From Takakia lepidozioides (taxonomy: Eukaryota > Plantae > Bryophyta), in assembly GCA_030704615.1 (NCBI GenBank), contig CM060731.1:73780001-73844000 (forward strand): DNA of 64,000 bases. The letters are read 5' to 3'. This document shows, in pieces, positions 40,052 to 52,382 of the stretch. The translations under genes were made by a program, and so were the position numbers. Positions within the stretch are counted from its first letter, which is position 1, and each line of letters opens with the position of its first letter. The notes under the pieces were generated by a model, which ran no database searches, was not told the DNA's origin, and saw only the letters and a list, made by a program, of their open reading frames with translations.

Positions 40052-43000
40052 ATGGATGTGGAAGCAGAAGGTGATGATATACTAAAAACGAGATGCTGGA
40101 TTATACGGCCTCTTCGACAAAGTTTGCAAACACCCAAACCAGGACCCTTCAACAGGAAGGACCTCCAATGGAAGAGAGACACGCAATATGGTTATATGGG
40201 TGCCAGACAAAATGTTCTGAAGGCCTGCATACCGTGGGATAGAGTTGATGACCTTCTCCTTGGAGAGGAGAGTTTGGTGGACTACCCCACTCAGTTTTGG
40301 GTGAATGTCCATACTAAAGTGCAACCCGGCATGCTAAAAGAGCCGAGAGCCAACAGTTCTCTGAACAGTTTTCATGCTTCCAGAAGTCGATAGATATCCA
40401 TTGTGATTTTTATGTCCAGGTATCAATGCTGCTATGGTCCTGATGACAAGCGCACCAACAATGCGATAGTGGATGATCCGAAACTGAAACGTGGATGACC
40501 TCTTCTGGGTGCTGGAACATCTCACCCTCATAAAGGCCCAAGGAGAAAGAAGTCGGAATATGGAGAGTCTTACAAGCGTGGTTGCCAGTGCTGTTTCAAG
40601 GTCCAGCAATGTTATCTCGACCCCGACATTTGTGTTCTCACGTACTACAACAATATGGAGCATACAGACGCGAAAGGGAACCCCTGTCATGGGAAGTCCG
40701 TTGAGTTCAAGAACATTCGCCACGCCTACGCACCACACATTAGCGAGGAATTGAAAGCATGGGTCATGGAGTGTCTGTGCCGAGGCTTGTCAGTCGCCCA
40801 AATCATGATGGAACATAAAGAGCACGTCATGAACAACACCAGGTTGGGGGATGCATGGACACGGGACGATTTTTTGCTAGAGCAGGATGTGCGCAACCTG
40901 GCCGAGAAACGGGCGTGGCAAACATTCAAAAAACATGCCAACGATGCGGAGAATGTCCGCATGTGGAAAGACCAGAACCCGAAATCGGTCTTCTTCTACC
41001 AAGAGGAAAAATTGGCGCCAACATTCAAGCACTACGATGGCGACTTAACATTCACAATCGGCATACAGACTGAGTGGCAGAAGAAGCGAATGCTTCAATT
41101 AGGCCATGCCCATATTGTTGCATGCGATGCAACCTTCGGGACAAATCACCACAAGGTACTCTTCATCCCTTTCACAATTTATCCACTTGCAGAAGTAGTG
41201 GATGTACGCACACTGGCAGCATCTGACATTCTGCATTTGAACAGTTCCCATTGTACACGTTGATGGTCTTCGACGAGTGGCTTAACGGTATACCAGTTGC
41301 GTACATCGTATGCGCGCGTGAGCGGACTACAGACCTGGTGTCGTGGATGGCAGCCTTGCGGAACTCTCTCCTCGCAGAAATGCCGGACTGGCGACCCAAT
41401 GCCTTCATTATGGACGATGCCGACGCCGAAATAAACGCCATTACGTAAGTTTCACGTACCCTCTTGTACACTCGCGTGCAAGTCCGTCGTCTGCGTCCAT
41501 TGTCTGTCTCTTCGGCAAGTCCCCTACCATACAACGTAGTCCTGGCTGCTAGTCCGGCCCATTCATTTCTGCAAGTCTGTTGGCAAACCAGTCCGCTGGT
41601 AATGTCCTCTAGCGAAGTCCGCTGGAAGACTCACTTGCGCAAGTACGCTGCAAGGTCAGTCTGCTCGGGTGTGCTACCAGCAACATCTGGGTAAGTCTGT
41701 TGCCGGTCTCCTAAGGGTAAGACCATTGGTAGGTCAGTCCGCCGAAGGGGACTGTTCGCAAGCAGTCCGCTGCAAGACTCACGTGCGTCAGTCTACTGCA
41801 ACCTCAGTCTGGTCGAGCAAGTCCGCTCGCAGGCGAGTCCGCCAGATGGGACTGTTCGCAAGCAGTCCGTTGCAAGACTCACGTGCCCAATCTGCTGCGA
41901 CCTCAATCTGGTCCAGCAAATCCGCTGGCAGGCAGGTCCGCCGGGGGAGGCTGTTCGCAAGTAGTCCACTGCAAGACTCACATGCGCCAATCTGCTGCGA
42001 CCTCACTCTGGTCCACTGGCAGGCGAGTCCGCCGGAGGGGACTGTTCGGAAGTCTGCTGGCAACCCAGTCCAGTCGATATGCCCTCTGGCCAAGTCCGTT
42101 GCAAGACTCACTTACGTAAGTCCGCTGCGAGGTCAGCGTGGTCAGGTCTGCTGGCGGTGTCATGAGGGCAACACTCATGGCAGGTCAAAGTGGGCGAGTC
42201 TGCTGCCTGAATCCGTTTGGAACAGACGAGCAGACCAGTCAACTAGACAGTCTACTGGGTTAGTGCCCAAATCCACCGGCCAAGTCCTCTTCGAAGTCTC
42301 TCATGTGGGCATGTGTACTTTGCAGGGCGGTTTTTCGAGGAGTGCTGATTTTCCTGTGCCTTTGGCATGTCCGGCGGGCTTGGGTGAAGCAATCATGCGC
42401 GAAAACCAAAGATCCTATCATTGCCGCAAACTTGCTGAAAGATATGGGAGACCTCATGTATTGTAGAGGTGGACCAATCAATCCCAAAGAAGGTCTTGCA
42501 TGGGTAGCAACAATGCTCCGACGTATGAGAAAGAAATATCCGAATGGGCATGAATTTATGGACTACATCGATGAGGAATGGCATCCTAAAATAGCAATGT
42601 GGTGTACAACAGCTCGCCATGTTCCGCATGCCAGTCAAGACAGCAATGCTAGCATTGAGGCATACCATGGAAACTTGAAGGCAAGACTGAGGATGGGGAA
42701 AGGCAAAATGACTGGGCGTAGAGTGGATTGGCTCATATGGGAACTCACAGGCCGTGTGCTAACATACTACCGGTATGCAATTCACCTGAAGACGCACGGA
42801 TTCATAAGGAATGACAAACAGGAGAAGTACATGTCCAGTTCTGTGCTTGCGGCACGCGATATCCCAGCTTGCAATGTCACTCTTCCGTTCCATCCTGGGC
42901 AACCAGCCTATGTTCTAAGCACCAATCACCCAAACACAATTTACATTGTTTACAACCCCGGATGCGAATGGGCTTCTTGCACTTGCCCATGGGCAATGAA

Positions 43001-43573
43001 GGGCAATTTGTGCAAGCATCAAGTCCGAGTCATGAAGTTGCTTCATCCACACTTGCAGGATGGACTCATAGTGCGCGCTTGTGGCACGGTGTTGGGAACC
43101 ATTCATGGAGGATTGCATAATGTGTTTAGGGTTCATGCAAGTGTTGGCGACGAAGAGGTTTTGGGAAATGCAACAGAGGGCCCTTCCACAGATGACTTCC
43201 CCTATGATGCGGAGCCTGTCCTCATACCATCCTCCATGGATGAAGAATTTGCAGACATACTTCGCATTGTTGGGGACGACAAATACCTGCAGAAACATGT
43301 GTTGTCTTCTCTTCGTATCTGTAGGGGGGAGTTTGTTGATATTCTCGCCAAGAATGTTGCAGGAATGTTGCACCCTACGGCAGCAAAGAGCTTCCGTCTT
43401 GTACATGACAACAATATATGTCGCTGAAAAGGAAACGGGATTTCGTTGAGGCATGGAAAACGCGACCCAGGGTCTTACGCAAAACAGGGAAGAGGGTTGG
43501 TGCCCCAACACCTGCAGCACACATATACTCCACAATCCGGAGAGTCGCAGACCGTATACCAGTTTTAAAGTAG
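40052..43573 (+). pseudogene. MULE-like DDE transposase with SWIM zinc finger; exons ~40052-40370, 40420-41155, 41245-41444, 42326-43573
   Basis: IVACDATFGTN (D1), FIMDDA (D2), CLWH (CxxH), SNASIEAYH (E), CTCPWAMKGNLCKH (SWIM). In-frame TGA at 40496-40498, AT slippage frameshift near 43415, and no clear donor for intron 1. Confidence 0.9.
41735..42050 (+). repeat. ~100-bp tandem array (about 3 units) in transposase intron 3
   Basis: CTGTTCG(CAAG.AGTCC..TGCAAGACTCAC.TGC) recurs at ~41751, 41851 and 41950, with a partial unit at 42041. Confidence 0.9.
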
Positions 43574-43688
43574 AGTAGGAAATGTAAGAAATGGTACAGT
43601 ATCATTCTCCCCATGAAATAAAATTTCGGCGGTACGATTGCATGTGCACCAGACGTCCAACCTGCCTACCAACCAGCCTGGTAAACTA

Positions 43689-43815
43689 GTCTTCTGGCGT
43701 CTGAACCAGTCTGCTCAATCAATCTTCTACCGTCTGATCCAGTCTGCTCAACCAGTCTTCTGGTGTCTGAACCAGTCTGCTCAACCACTCTTCTGGTATC
43801 TGAACCAGTCTACTG
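43689..43815 (+). repeat. 33-bp tandem repeat (about 4 units)
   Basis: Units of (GTCTTCTGGyGTCTGAACCAGTCTGCTCAACCA)-like sequence. Confidence 0.9.
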
Positions 43816-44459
43816 TACCAGGCTGGGACTCAGTCTTCAAACAGTCTGCTGAGCCAGCCTTCTCAGTCTCCCGGTTCTGAACGTGCCTGCACCTGGCTGA
43901 CCAGTGAGCCTCATGCGGTCTGCCCATCAGACTAGCCATTCTCAGCACGGTGGACTCTCATTACTCTGCTGACCAGACTTGGCAGTCTACTGGCCAATGC
44001 CATCCGCCTGTACTATACCACTCCGGTGACTCTCGACAGTCTGCTCACCAGTGCAAACTCATGGTTCCCAATCACATCTGCCAATCTGCCGGACTCGTCC
44101 CAACTCCTCAATCTGTCGGACTCTCGTCAGTCTGGCGACATTGCCATCTGTGTGCTCACAAGCCTAGGCATACCCTCTTCCCGTACTCTGGCAGTCTGCT
44201 GACTCTCGGCTGTTTGCTGACCAGTGGACTCCCTTGGTATGTTAAATAAAACGATTGTGTGTGCAAAGGTAAGTCCGCTTAACAACATGCAGTGAATTGG
44301 TCACAAATCTACAACGACTACTCCACACTGCACTCATATGCGACCAATAGGATGTGTATACAAAGTCATATTTTATTTCGTTGCAAATGCTCAAAAGCAT
44401 ACTTACATGACAAATGCGTCTTATGGTGCACCTCTAACCTCGGACCCAGATGGATATCT

Positions 44460-47400
44460 ATGAGGATACTGCTTTCTCAGCAGCACTTAAACCAGTGAAG
44501 ATGTACTTAAGACACTGCATCCGTTGGTCAAGTGCAAACTTGAACGTAAACCAGTGTTTCGTGAAAGGTACTCCTCTCTCTGCCCTTTTAGAAGAGGTTC
44601 GAGTATGCCCAGTTTGTAGCCATTCATAATATCCTTAGATGAAGGACATGACATAAAACCCGCATTCCCAGCTGAATGGCTGTTGGGGCACTTCAAGCTG
44701 GTTGAACTGAAATGCCCTAACCTCCTCCCAACCCGGTGAATCAACACTGTAGCCTAAACACTCCGCATGCAGCTTCCGTATCCATGACAAAACATATGGG
44801 CAACCATGCAAAGACTCGATGGAGTTCATGTGAGTGTAGCAGCCTTTCCGTACGTCGATGACAACAACACTCCAGTGCGCCCTGCAAGACGAATCTCATG
44901 AGTCTCACGGCAGCAGACCACTCAGCAAATTGTTTGATCCTGCTCAGAGGCTTGCGAAGTATCTCTCTTGCATACTCTAGCCTCTGCAATTGGGCCCACC
45001 AATTGCCTCTCCAGCAGACTCTACAGACTCCCACACTGCACGGGTCCCACTACACTCAGCCGACTCGGCAGAGTCACGACTCAGCAGACTCAGAAGACTC
45101 ATCACCCAGCAGACTCGGCATAATGAGCAGACTCAGCAGACTCGGCAGATTGAGCAGACTCAGGGCTGAGTGGGCAGACCGAGCAGACTGTCCTCATTCA
45201 AAAAACTGGGCAGATTTGCTAGACTGAGCAGGAGAGAGGCAGGTGTGAACGTAGTGACGTCATTCAAAAGACTGGCCCGACAAAACAGACTGGGTATGCG
45301 AGATCTTACTCCTCCACAATCGGAACGATTATATGATGGCAGTCTTTTATGTCTTTGCCGAGCCGAGGGACGCTCCAGCAAGAATGCAGATACTCCACTA
45401 GCCTTTCCCGTGGCCCGTCCCAATGTGTCATCATACGAGACCACGTTGAGGCTGGCAGAAGAGCAACAGTACTTGAGTACTTGTCTTCGACCGTCTTCTC
45501 ATAAAAACGACACCACAGCTCCAGCATTCTATCTGTGCACTCCGACTCCACCGTCTCAAGTGGCTTCAAGTCCGGAGGCCCGATGGAGCACTCATACCGG
45601 GGGTCGCCTTCATAAAAGTGAACCATGCAATTGTCGGCCGCGACATTCCATCGCAGGGCCGTGGCAAAACAAGAACCCAACCTGTACACAGACCACGGCC
45701 TTGTGTGAAAACCCATGTACGCAACGGTCTGAGCGGACTGACTCCATTCAACAGACTACCCATACCGAGCGGACTGAGCGGACTCGCCAGACTCACCAGG
45801 CCGAGCGGACTGAGCATACTCACACTTCTGAGTAGACTGGAGTGACCAGACTCAGCAGACTGGGAGGACTACTCACTGGTGCATTTCTTGCTGAAGAACC
45901 ACTTCCTTGTCCGTATCCAATGCCATTTTTGCGGTCCTTGTTCATGAAGACAACGGACTTGCCTTTCTTCGCAGGTTTCATGGCAACAGGACCCTCCCGA
46001 ATTTCCTGAGTCTACTCCACGACAGTCCGCTTCTTCGCTCTACTTGTGCCTAGGGATTCGGCGACTACTGTGGCCGGGTTCGATTCAGCAGACTGACGAA
46101 GTGATGCGGTCCTGCTTCGCAAGACGACCGTGTCTGCAGGCTTGTTTACATTTGCAGAACCTATATTGGCAGCCTCATGGGACGCATGCGTTGAACTAAT
46201 CCGTGCATCTGTTGGCGTTGTAAGTAAGTCACCTTTTCTGGTTGTGGAGCCAACGTGAGCAACATTGGCGGGTTGTGGAATTGCCTGGGAGGGAAACGGT
46301 ATCCTCAAGTCCAGTAGGTACAACAGATCCTGTCAATACACAGAAATTGAACATAAATCTGAAATCACAGAGGTGGAAGACGGCAGGGCACAACCTGTAC
46401 GGCGTCATTGGAAGGAAGCGACTGGGCAGACTGTTCCCCTGCTTGAACGTCAGTCAGTCTGTGTTCCTCAGAGCGGTTAGCCTGGTGCTCAATCTACTTG
46501 CCGCTATGGTCAGTCTGCTGTCGAGTCTGGTGGATACTCTCGTGTGCGGGGGGAACGGCATGTTGGCCCTTAGTTTGTCCATGTTCGGCATCGGTCTGCT
46601 GCTCAGTGTCCTCAGTCTGACCAATCTGATGCTCAGTCTGCTCACCGCTCTGGTCAGTCTGTTGTCGAGTCTGGTGGACACTCTTGTGGGCGGGGCAAAC
46701 GGCATGTTGACCCTCCTTCAGAGGGCCTGTTCAGCGTCAGTCTAATGCTCATTGTCCTCAGTCTGGTCAGTCTGGTGCTCAGTCTGCTTTTTGCTTTGGT
46801 CAGTTTGGTGGTCGGTTTGCTCTTGCAGGGAGGAGATCAATCTATCAACTTGCAAGTCAACTGTGTCTTCAGGGTCTGATGGAGAAAAAGCTTGACTACC
46901 GCCGACATCTAAATTATCCGCAGCAACTACATCGTCTAGTTCTTCAGTAAGGTCAATGATACGGGGTTGAGTTCCCATATTGCGATCAATCACATAACAA
47001 TCATCTATAGCTTTTGCAAGCAAACGAACCAAAACCGGGCTGAGCTGAATGGAAATAGTTGGCAGGCCATGGGTCACTGGAGAAGAATGGTTTATCGGTG
47101 CCCGGCTTATATCCTCAAACGATGCGCCAATATGTGAAGATGGCCCGGCGGGAAAAGAAGACTCCGTCAATGCACTGATAGAACTCCGCACAAATTCAGA
47201 GACAGGGTCCCGTTGAGGCCAGTGCAGCCGACTCTGTTCAACGAGCCAGGATCCAGACTGCTGGACAGGAAGTGTAGTTGGGTCCTCCGAGTCAGTGTGG
47301 TCGTGAATCTGCTAGACAGTCTGCAGGGCACTGTCATTGTGATGACTACTTTCAATCTGCTGGACGGACTGCTCAATGGTATGCTGCACAGTCTGTTGGT

Positions 47401-50400
47401 GCACAACCAGGTCATCCATTTGTAGCTCGGTCTGCTCATTGGTATGCTGGACGGTCTGCTTGACAGTGACGTCATCGGTATGCTGCACGGTCTGGTGTAG
47501 AGGCAGTCCTTCAGTCTGCTCGCCGGTTTTCTCATGAGTCTCCTCGTCCTCGGTGTGGCCTGTAGTGCGCCCACTCTCCTGAACAGTGGCTGGGATAGTG
47601 TTGACAGTCTGTCCATGCTCTTTTTGTTGCAGTGGGTCAGTCTGCTGAGCAATGGCGTTGTCAGCAGTCTGCTGAACGGTGTCATGGAGTTCATGTAACG
47701 CCAGCACAACATCTCGTGCACCTCTGGCAAGGGAATCGAAAGCACACTGCACGTGCTCATCTAAATCGGACATTCCTGAAACAAATGAGTTGGACAAAGT
47801 AAGTCTGACATGATGGTGAAAGAAAAGACCATGAACTTCACAACGGTCCAGAAGAAGGCGGCATTACCTTCTAGGAGGTTGCCAATGAGACCAATATCTT
47901 GGATTTGGTGTCCCAAGCATGCTCCATCGAGATGGCAAATCGCTGGCATGCGGTTTTCAAATGGGGAGCCGCACCATAGGACTTTGAACACATCTGGTCT
48001 GTTCAACACAATATCGAACATTGCTCGCTCAATTACCGCAGCAAACCATTGCAACGCCTCATCCACAACACTCTTCTTACCCGCATCCGAATCTGAATGA
48101 AACAAATACTTCCTCAAACTTTGCAGGTCCTTTACCAATTTACTGTATGAACGGAAATTGCCGAACTGCATCCATCGATGGTGAAGGAAAGAATTAGCAA
48201 TGCGATCAAAGTATTTTTCAGTAATTCCAAGCAAGTGCTTTCCCCGCACCCCAAAGGTGGGATGTGCCATGGGCATATGTCTGAGTTCCTGAGGCCATGG
48301 GTCATCCATGAGGATTAATTGGACAAGCAGTGGTGGGGCATTTTGGACCTTCGTGGCTGTTAGGGCCACAAAATGTGCGCTTTCGAGGACTTCATTCGCT
48401 TCTGCCAAAGTAAATTCCATGGAATAATGAAAGGGAACAAAAGGCCACCGGCCGTCCGTGACAATGCGATGGAGCTCATTATACCAATCCACATTGGCAT
48501 TGACTTCCCCCACCCTCAGACGGGCAAGTGTCAGGTCCACAGCTTCGGGATCAATGAGCGGCAATGGCGAGCGCCAAACTCCAAAAAGTCCCTTGGTGGT
48601 CGTGACAATGTGAGTCTGCTGGCTGGGAGTCCACAGGACAGCAGTGTGGTGGATGGGCGTCTTCTGGGTGGCAGTTTACTGGTTGGGAGTCTCCTGAATA
48701 GCAGTCTGCGGGCTGGGAGTATGCAAAGCAGTCTGCTAGATGGGAGTATGCTGGACGAGAGTCTGGTACATGGGAGTGTGCTGGACAAGACTGCGCTGAC
48801 TGTGAGTCTGGTGGGAAAGAGTCTGCTGGATGCCAGATTGGGTGAGGTCTGTGTCCACCGAGTCTGCAGTGAGTATGGTGTTGACCGGGGAGTTGGCGCG
48901 TGCTTTGTCTGCAGAGTCCAGTGCTGCTATGGCGTCTGCTGAGCCAGGGTACTTAAACAAGATGTACTCCCGCACCCGCTCCACTTCCCGGCGCACCGCA
49001 TTCACTACTAAAGGAGGGTCGGAGCTCACCGTCCGCCAAGCACACAAGGCCTCCCGAATACTGGCTCGTTCATCCTGGTATATGACAGAAAACCCAAAAA
49101 CTCAGCATCGGACTCACTAGCAGCAGACTCACCAGCATCGTGGCACAGAACAAATGAACCAGCGGACTCCAAGGACTGACAAGCAAGTCCACAAGCAGGG
49201 GACTGACTAGCAAGTCCACAAGCAGACTGACGCAGCAGACCGAGCAGGTAGACTGAACCAGCAGACTCTATGACAACAGACACCAACTGTGGGGACAGAC
49301 TGGGCATTACCTCGTCGTCGTCGTTGACACAAATGTCCTCCTCATCTTCAAGGGAGCTCAACCAATTTTCCTCCGCTGCTCGGATGGTTCTGCTAAGCTG
49401 TCCGGACTAGGCAAAACTGTAGAAAAAACGGAAGAAGTCTGCATCGTCCACTGGTGGGCACACCGATGGGAGAAGCCCAAATGGTATGAGGCACAATGTG
49501 CCAGAACAGACTCCACTGGTAGTCTCTTTCGACTGGACTTCGTCCACGTGAACCCTCGACTGGTAAGGCAAGACAATGTCGACGGGAGATGAGACACCTC
49601 CCAGACCTGCGAATTCATCATTCCGAATGATGTTTGCAGACGGCTCAGCAGACTGGCTCTCACTCAAAGTACTGATGGTCTGCATCTGCTGCGTAGACCG
49701 TCTCCCTGGCACAGCCCGTGACACTTCCCGACTGCCTTGAGGACGAGTCTGATGTTGAGATTTCGCCCTCGCCTCCCGAGCAGACCTTGCAGCCTTTTCT
49801 CTTTCCTTCTTCTGGGCCCCATCACTAAGTTTCCTTTTTCTGGGACCCACAGGCGATGGCAATGTCAGATCATGCACATCTTGCATTGAAACATCCGAAC
49901 CCATCCCATACCGTGCGCGCACCTCCGCCAAAGTGCGGGCCTTTGGGTTTGCGCCACGGAGTCTGGCGGTGGCCGCATTCACCACCCTCATTGAACTTTG
50001 AACTGGCCACGACTTGAAGCCAAGTGGGATATAGCGCTTGTTTTTGCAACCCGTGTCAACACAATGGCGGTTTAGCTGCACTTTGTCCTTGATAATTTCA
50101 CTACAGAAGGGACAGTGGAGCTTATCCTTCTGCCAGTTGGAGTCTGCAGGCTTGATTGCGCGGAGGTCTAAGAATGCTTCGACTATTTTCACATCATACT
50201 CCTCAGGTGAGTACCAGTACCTTCGCTCCTTTAGCCTGGACTTGTGCATGAAATGCAACCAGTCTGCTCCACCCTTTGCACAAACATCCTCCATGGCTGC
50301 AGAATCATACAAGAGATGCAGCGGCAATGAGCGACAGACAGACTAAGAATAAGAAAGCAGAGAAGAGCGGAAAAGAGAAAGAAACCAAAGCACAAAGTAC

Positions 50401-50571
50401 AAAGAGGAAAGCTCACCGGGCAACAAGCGACGGTTGTTGCGACGATTCGGTGCTCATGGGACTGTCCGCGCCTCGAAAAACTAACATGCGCAAAGGAAAG
50501 CGGGCTCGCACCAATGGGAGGTGGACAAGCCCTAAACGAAACAGTGCGAAAGAAGTCCAGCGGGAAGTAGA
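44460..50571 (-). pseudogene. Large spliced accessory gene of the transposon: Zn-finger-like, unknown domains, Gln-Thr repeats, C-terminal Ulp1/C48 protease (may extend 5' to ~52056)
   Basis: Successive minus-strand ORFs (50327-49407, 49361-49311, 49047-48736, 48564-47868, 47777-47312, 47191-46742, 46323-46012, 45716-45309, 44881-~44460) mostly join through GT-AG introns or single TAG/TAA stops. Motifs CPFC..LNRHC, IIVPIVEE|AHWSVVVID...MNS, VPQQPFSWECGFYV. Confidence 0.8.
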
Positions 50572-52382
50572 CCCTACATGTGCGGAGTGACGTGGCGAGA
50601 TTTCACTGGCGCCCCTTTTTGGCCGCCAACGCATTAAATAGTTGCAGACCCCTGACACGTGCTGGTGGTATGCCACTGCACAGACAGTCCAGCAGACGGG
50701 ATGAATGGGACTATCGTCAGTCTGCCGTCGTCGCATTCATCAAGTCCAGCAGACTTACTCCTGATGACAAAGATGGCCGAGCAGACCCAGTACCCTCCAC
50801 AACAGACTCATATGCCACCGCAATGACAGACTGACGACTGAGGTTAAGCGAACTGACGAAGAGACTAAGGCGAGTGCGGAGTCTGGTGCGGAGTCTGATG
50901 ACGTGCTGCGACGTGATTGGGCCTCCTTACCGCCGTCGCTGCATTTATTGCGTCCAGCAGACTTAAACCTAATGACATAACGGCCGAACAGACCCACTGC
51001 AAACAAACTTGTGCAACAACAGACTCGTATGCCACTGCACGGACAGTCCAGCAGACGGAAGGTTCAACAGACTGACGAAGAGACTGGCGCAGAGTAATTT
51101 GCGCGACAACAGACTGATTTCTAACAGACTAATATCCTAAAAGACAAAGTATCCCCTAGGCGGCCGGGTGATCCGGGAGTAAACTGTAAACCGCGTCCAG
51201 CAGACTTACACGTGATAATAATCACGGCTCAACAGACCCAGCGCAAACAGACTTGCGCCACAGTAGACTGACTTTGTGACAGTCCAACTGACTGATATCA
51301 GAAGAGACGGACAGACCAGCAGTCCGACGGCTCAGCAGACTCACGACAATGCGGATAATTAAAAGGTAGTAGTTAAATGGACTCATATCCGAAGAGACGG
51401 ACTTCCAGCTGACCAACGGTTCAACAGACTGACGAGAGAAGAGACTTCGGGGATATGACGAGATAAGACACTTCGGAATTTGGCAGGCAGTGACGGCCCA
51501 GTAGTCCAGTGAAGAACAGACTCACGCCACACCAGACTTGTATCCTTACAGACCAACAATCCAGCAGACCAGACAGATATCCCATCAGAACCACGCTTGG
51601 CGTCGCCGTCATGCCGTGGTTACATTTCATCCGTCCAGCAGACTTGCATATGCCCATACTCATGGCACAACACACTGCTTAGAGAAAGTACTGACAAAGA
51701 CGCAGTCGAAGAGCCTGTTGATCCACGCGCATTTGCAGTCATAAGGACCTCGAACATCCACAAGCAACGTGAATCCACATCTCTCAGGCTACGTCTCTTT
51801 TCCCATTGTCCAGTTTTCAAAGAGACGGTAGTGGTTGAGATGTGATGTTTCAGGAGGTGAATCTGGATGTTTGAGGACCTTTGGACTGGATCCTGTTCCG
51901 TTCACACTCTCCGCAGTTCTCAGACATGTGGTGATAGAGACGTCCTCCCCTGAACAGTCTCATTGGTGGACATAAATTCTGCAATGTATACACGCCCCCA
52001 CGTGCATATGCTTCCGCGATTTCCGCTATCGTGTTACCAATGGTTTCCTGCTCCATACGAAGGACCTCGGACTCGGAGACACACCATAAACCGTAAACGC
52101 ATGCAATTTTTCCACATATCGTCCTAAAAAATAAGCACGTCAACACAAAATGAAGGCGAAAATAGTGGAAGCATATGCACGATGGTGGCTGTAGAGCTCC
52201 GCCAGCCCTCTCATGTTCAGGCACACCCTTCATCGTCATTAAAATCGCCATAAACAAGAACAACAGCCGCATGCGTGCAAAGTCACCTCCGCAACATTGG
52301 ACAACAAAGAGCCGCAAGAACGAGACAACAAGAACGAGTGGGTGAGTTCGTGGCAGGGTGTTACGATCTTCCATGCCCTAAA

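Noticed and set aside
41669-42466. 265-aa ORF with repeated SAATS.WSSKSA
   Set aside because: It lies mostly in transposase intron 3 (41445-42325) and arises from the stop-poor ~100-bp array, whose period does not keep frame.
43689-43815. CRISPR-like appearance of the short regular repeats (also 41735-42050 and 57825-58090)
   Set aside because: These are head-to-tail tandem units without unique spacers, there are no cas genes, and the context is eukaryotic.
40496-49409. Stop-codon readthrough or U-to-C RNA editing restoring the many TAG/TGA codons
   Set aside because: U-to-C editing in hornworts and ferns is organellar. This is nuclear DNA, frameshifts co-occur, and methyl-C deamination explains the pattern more simply.
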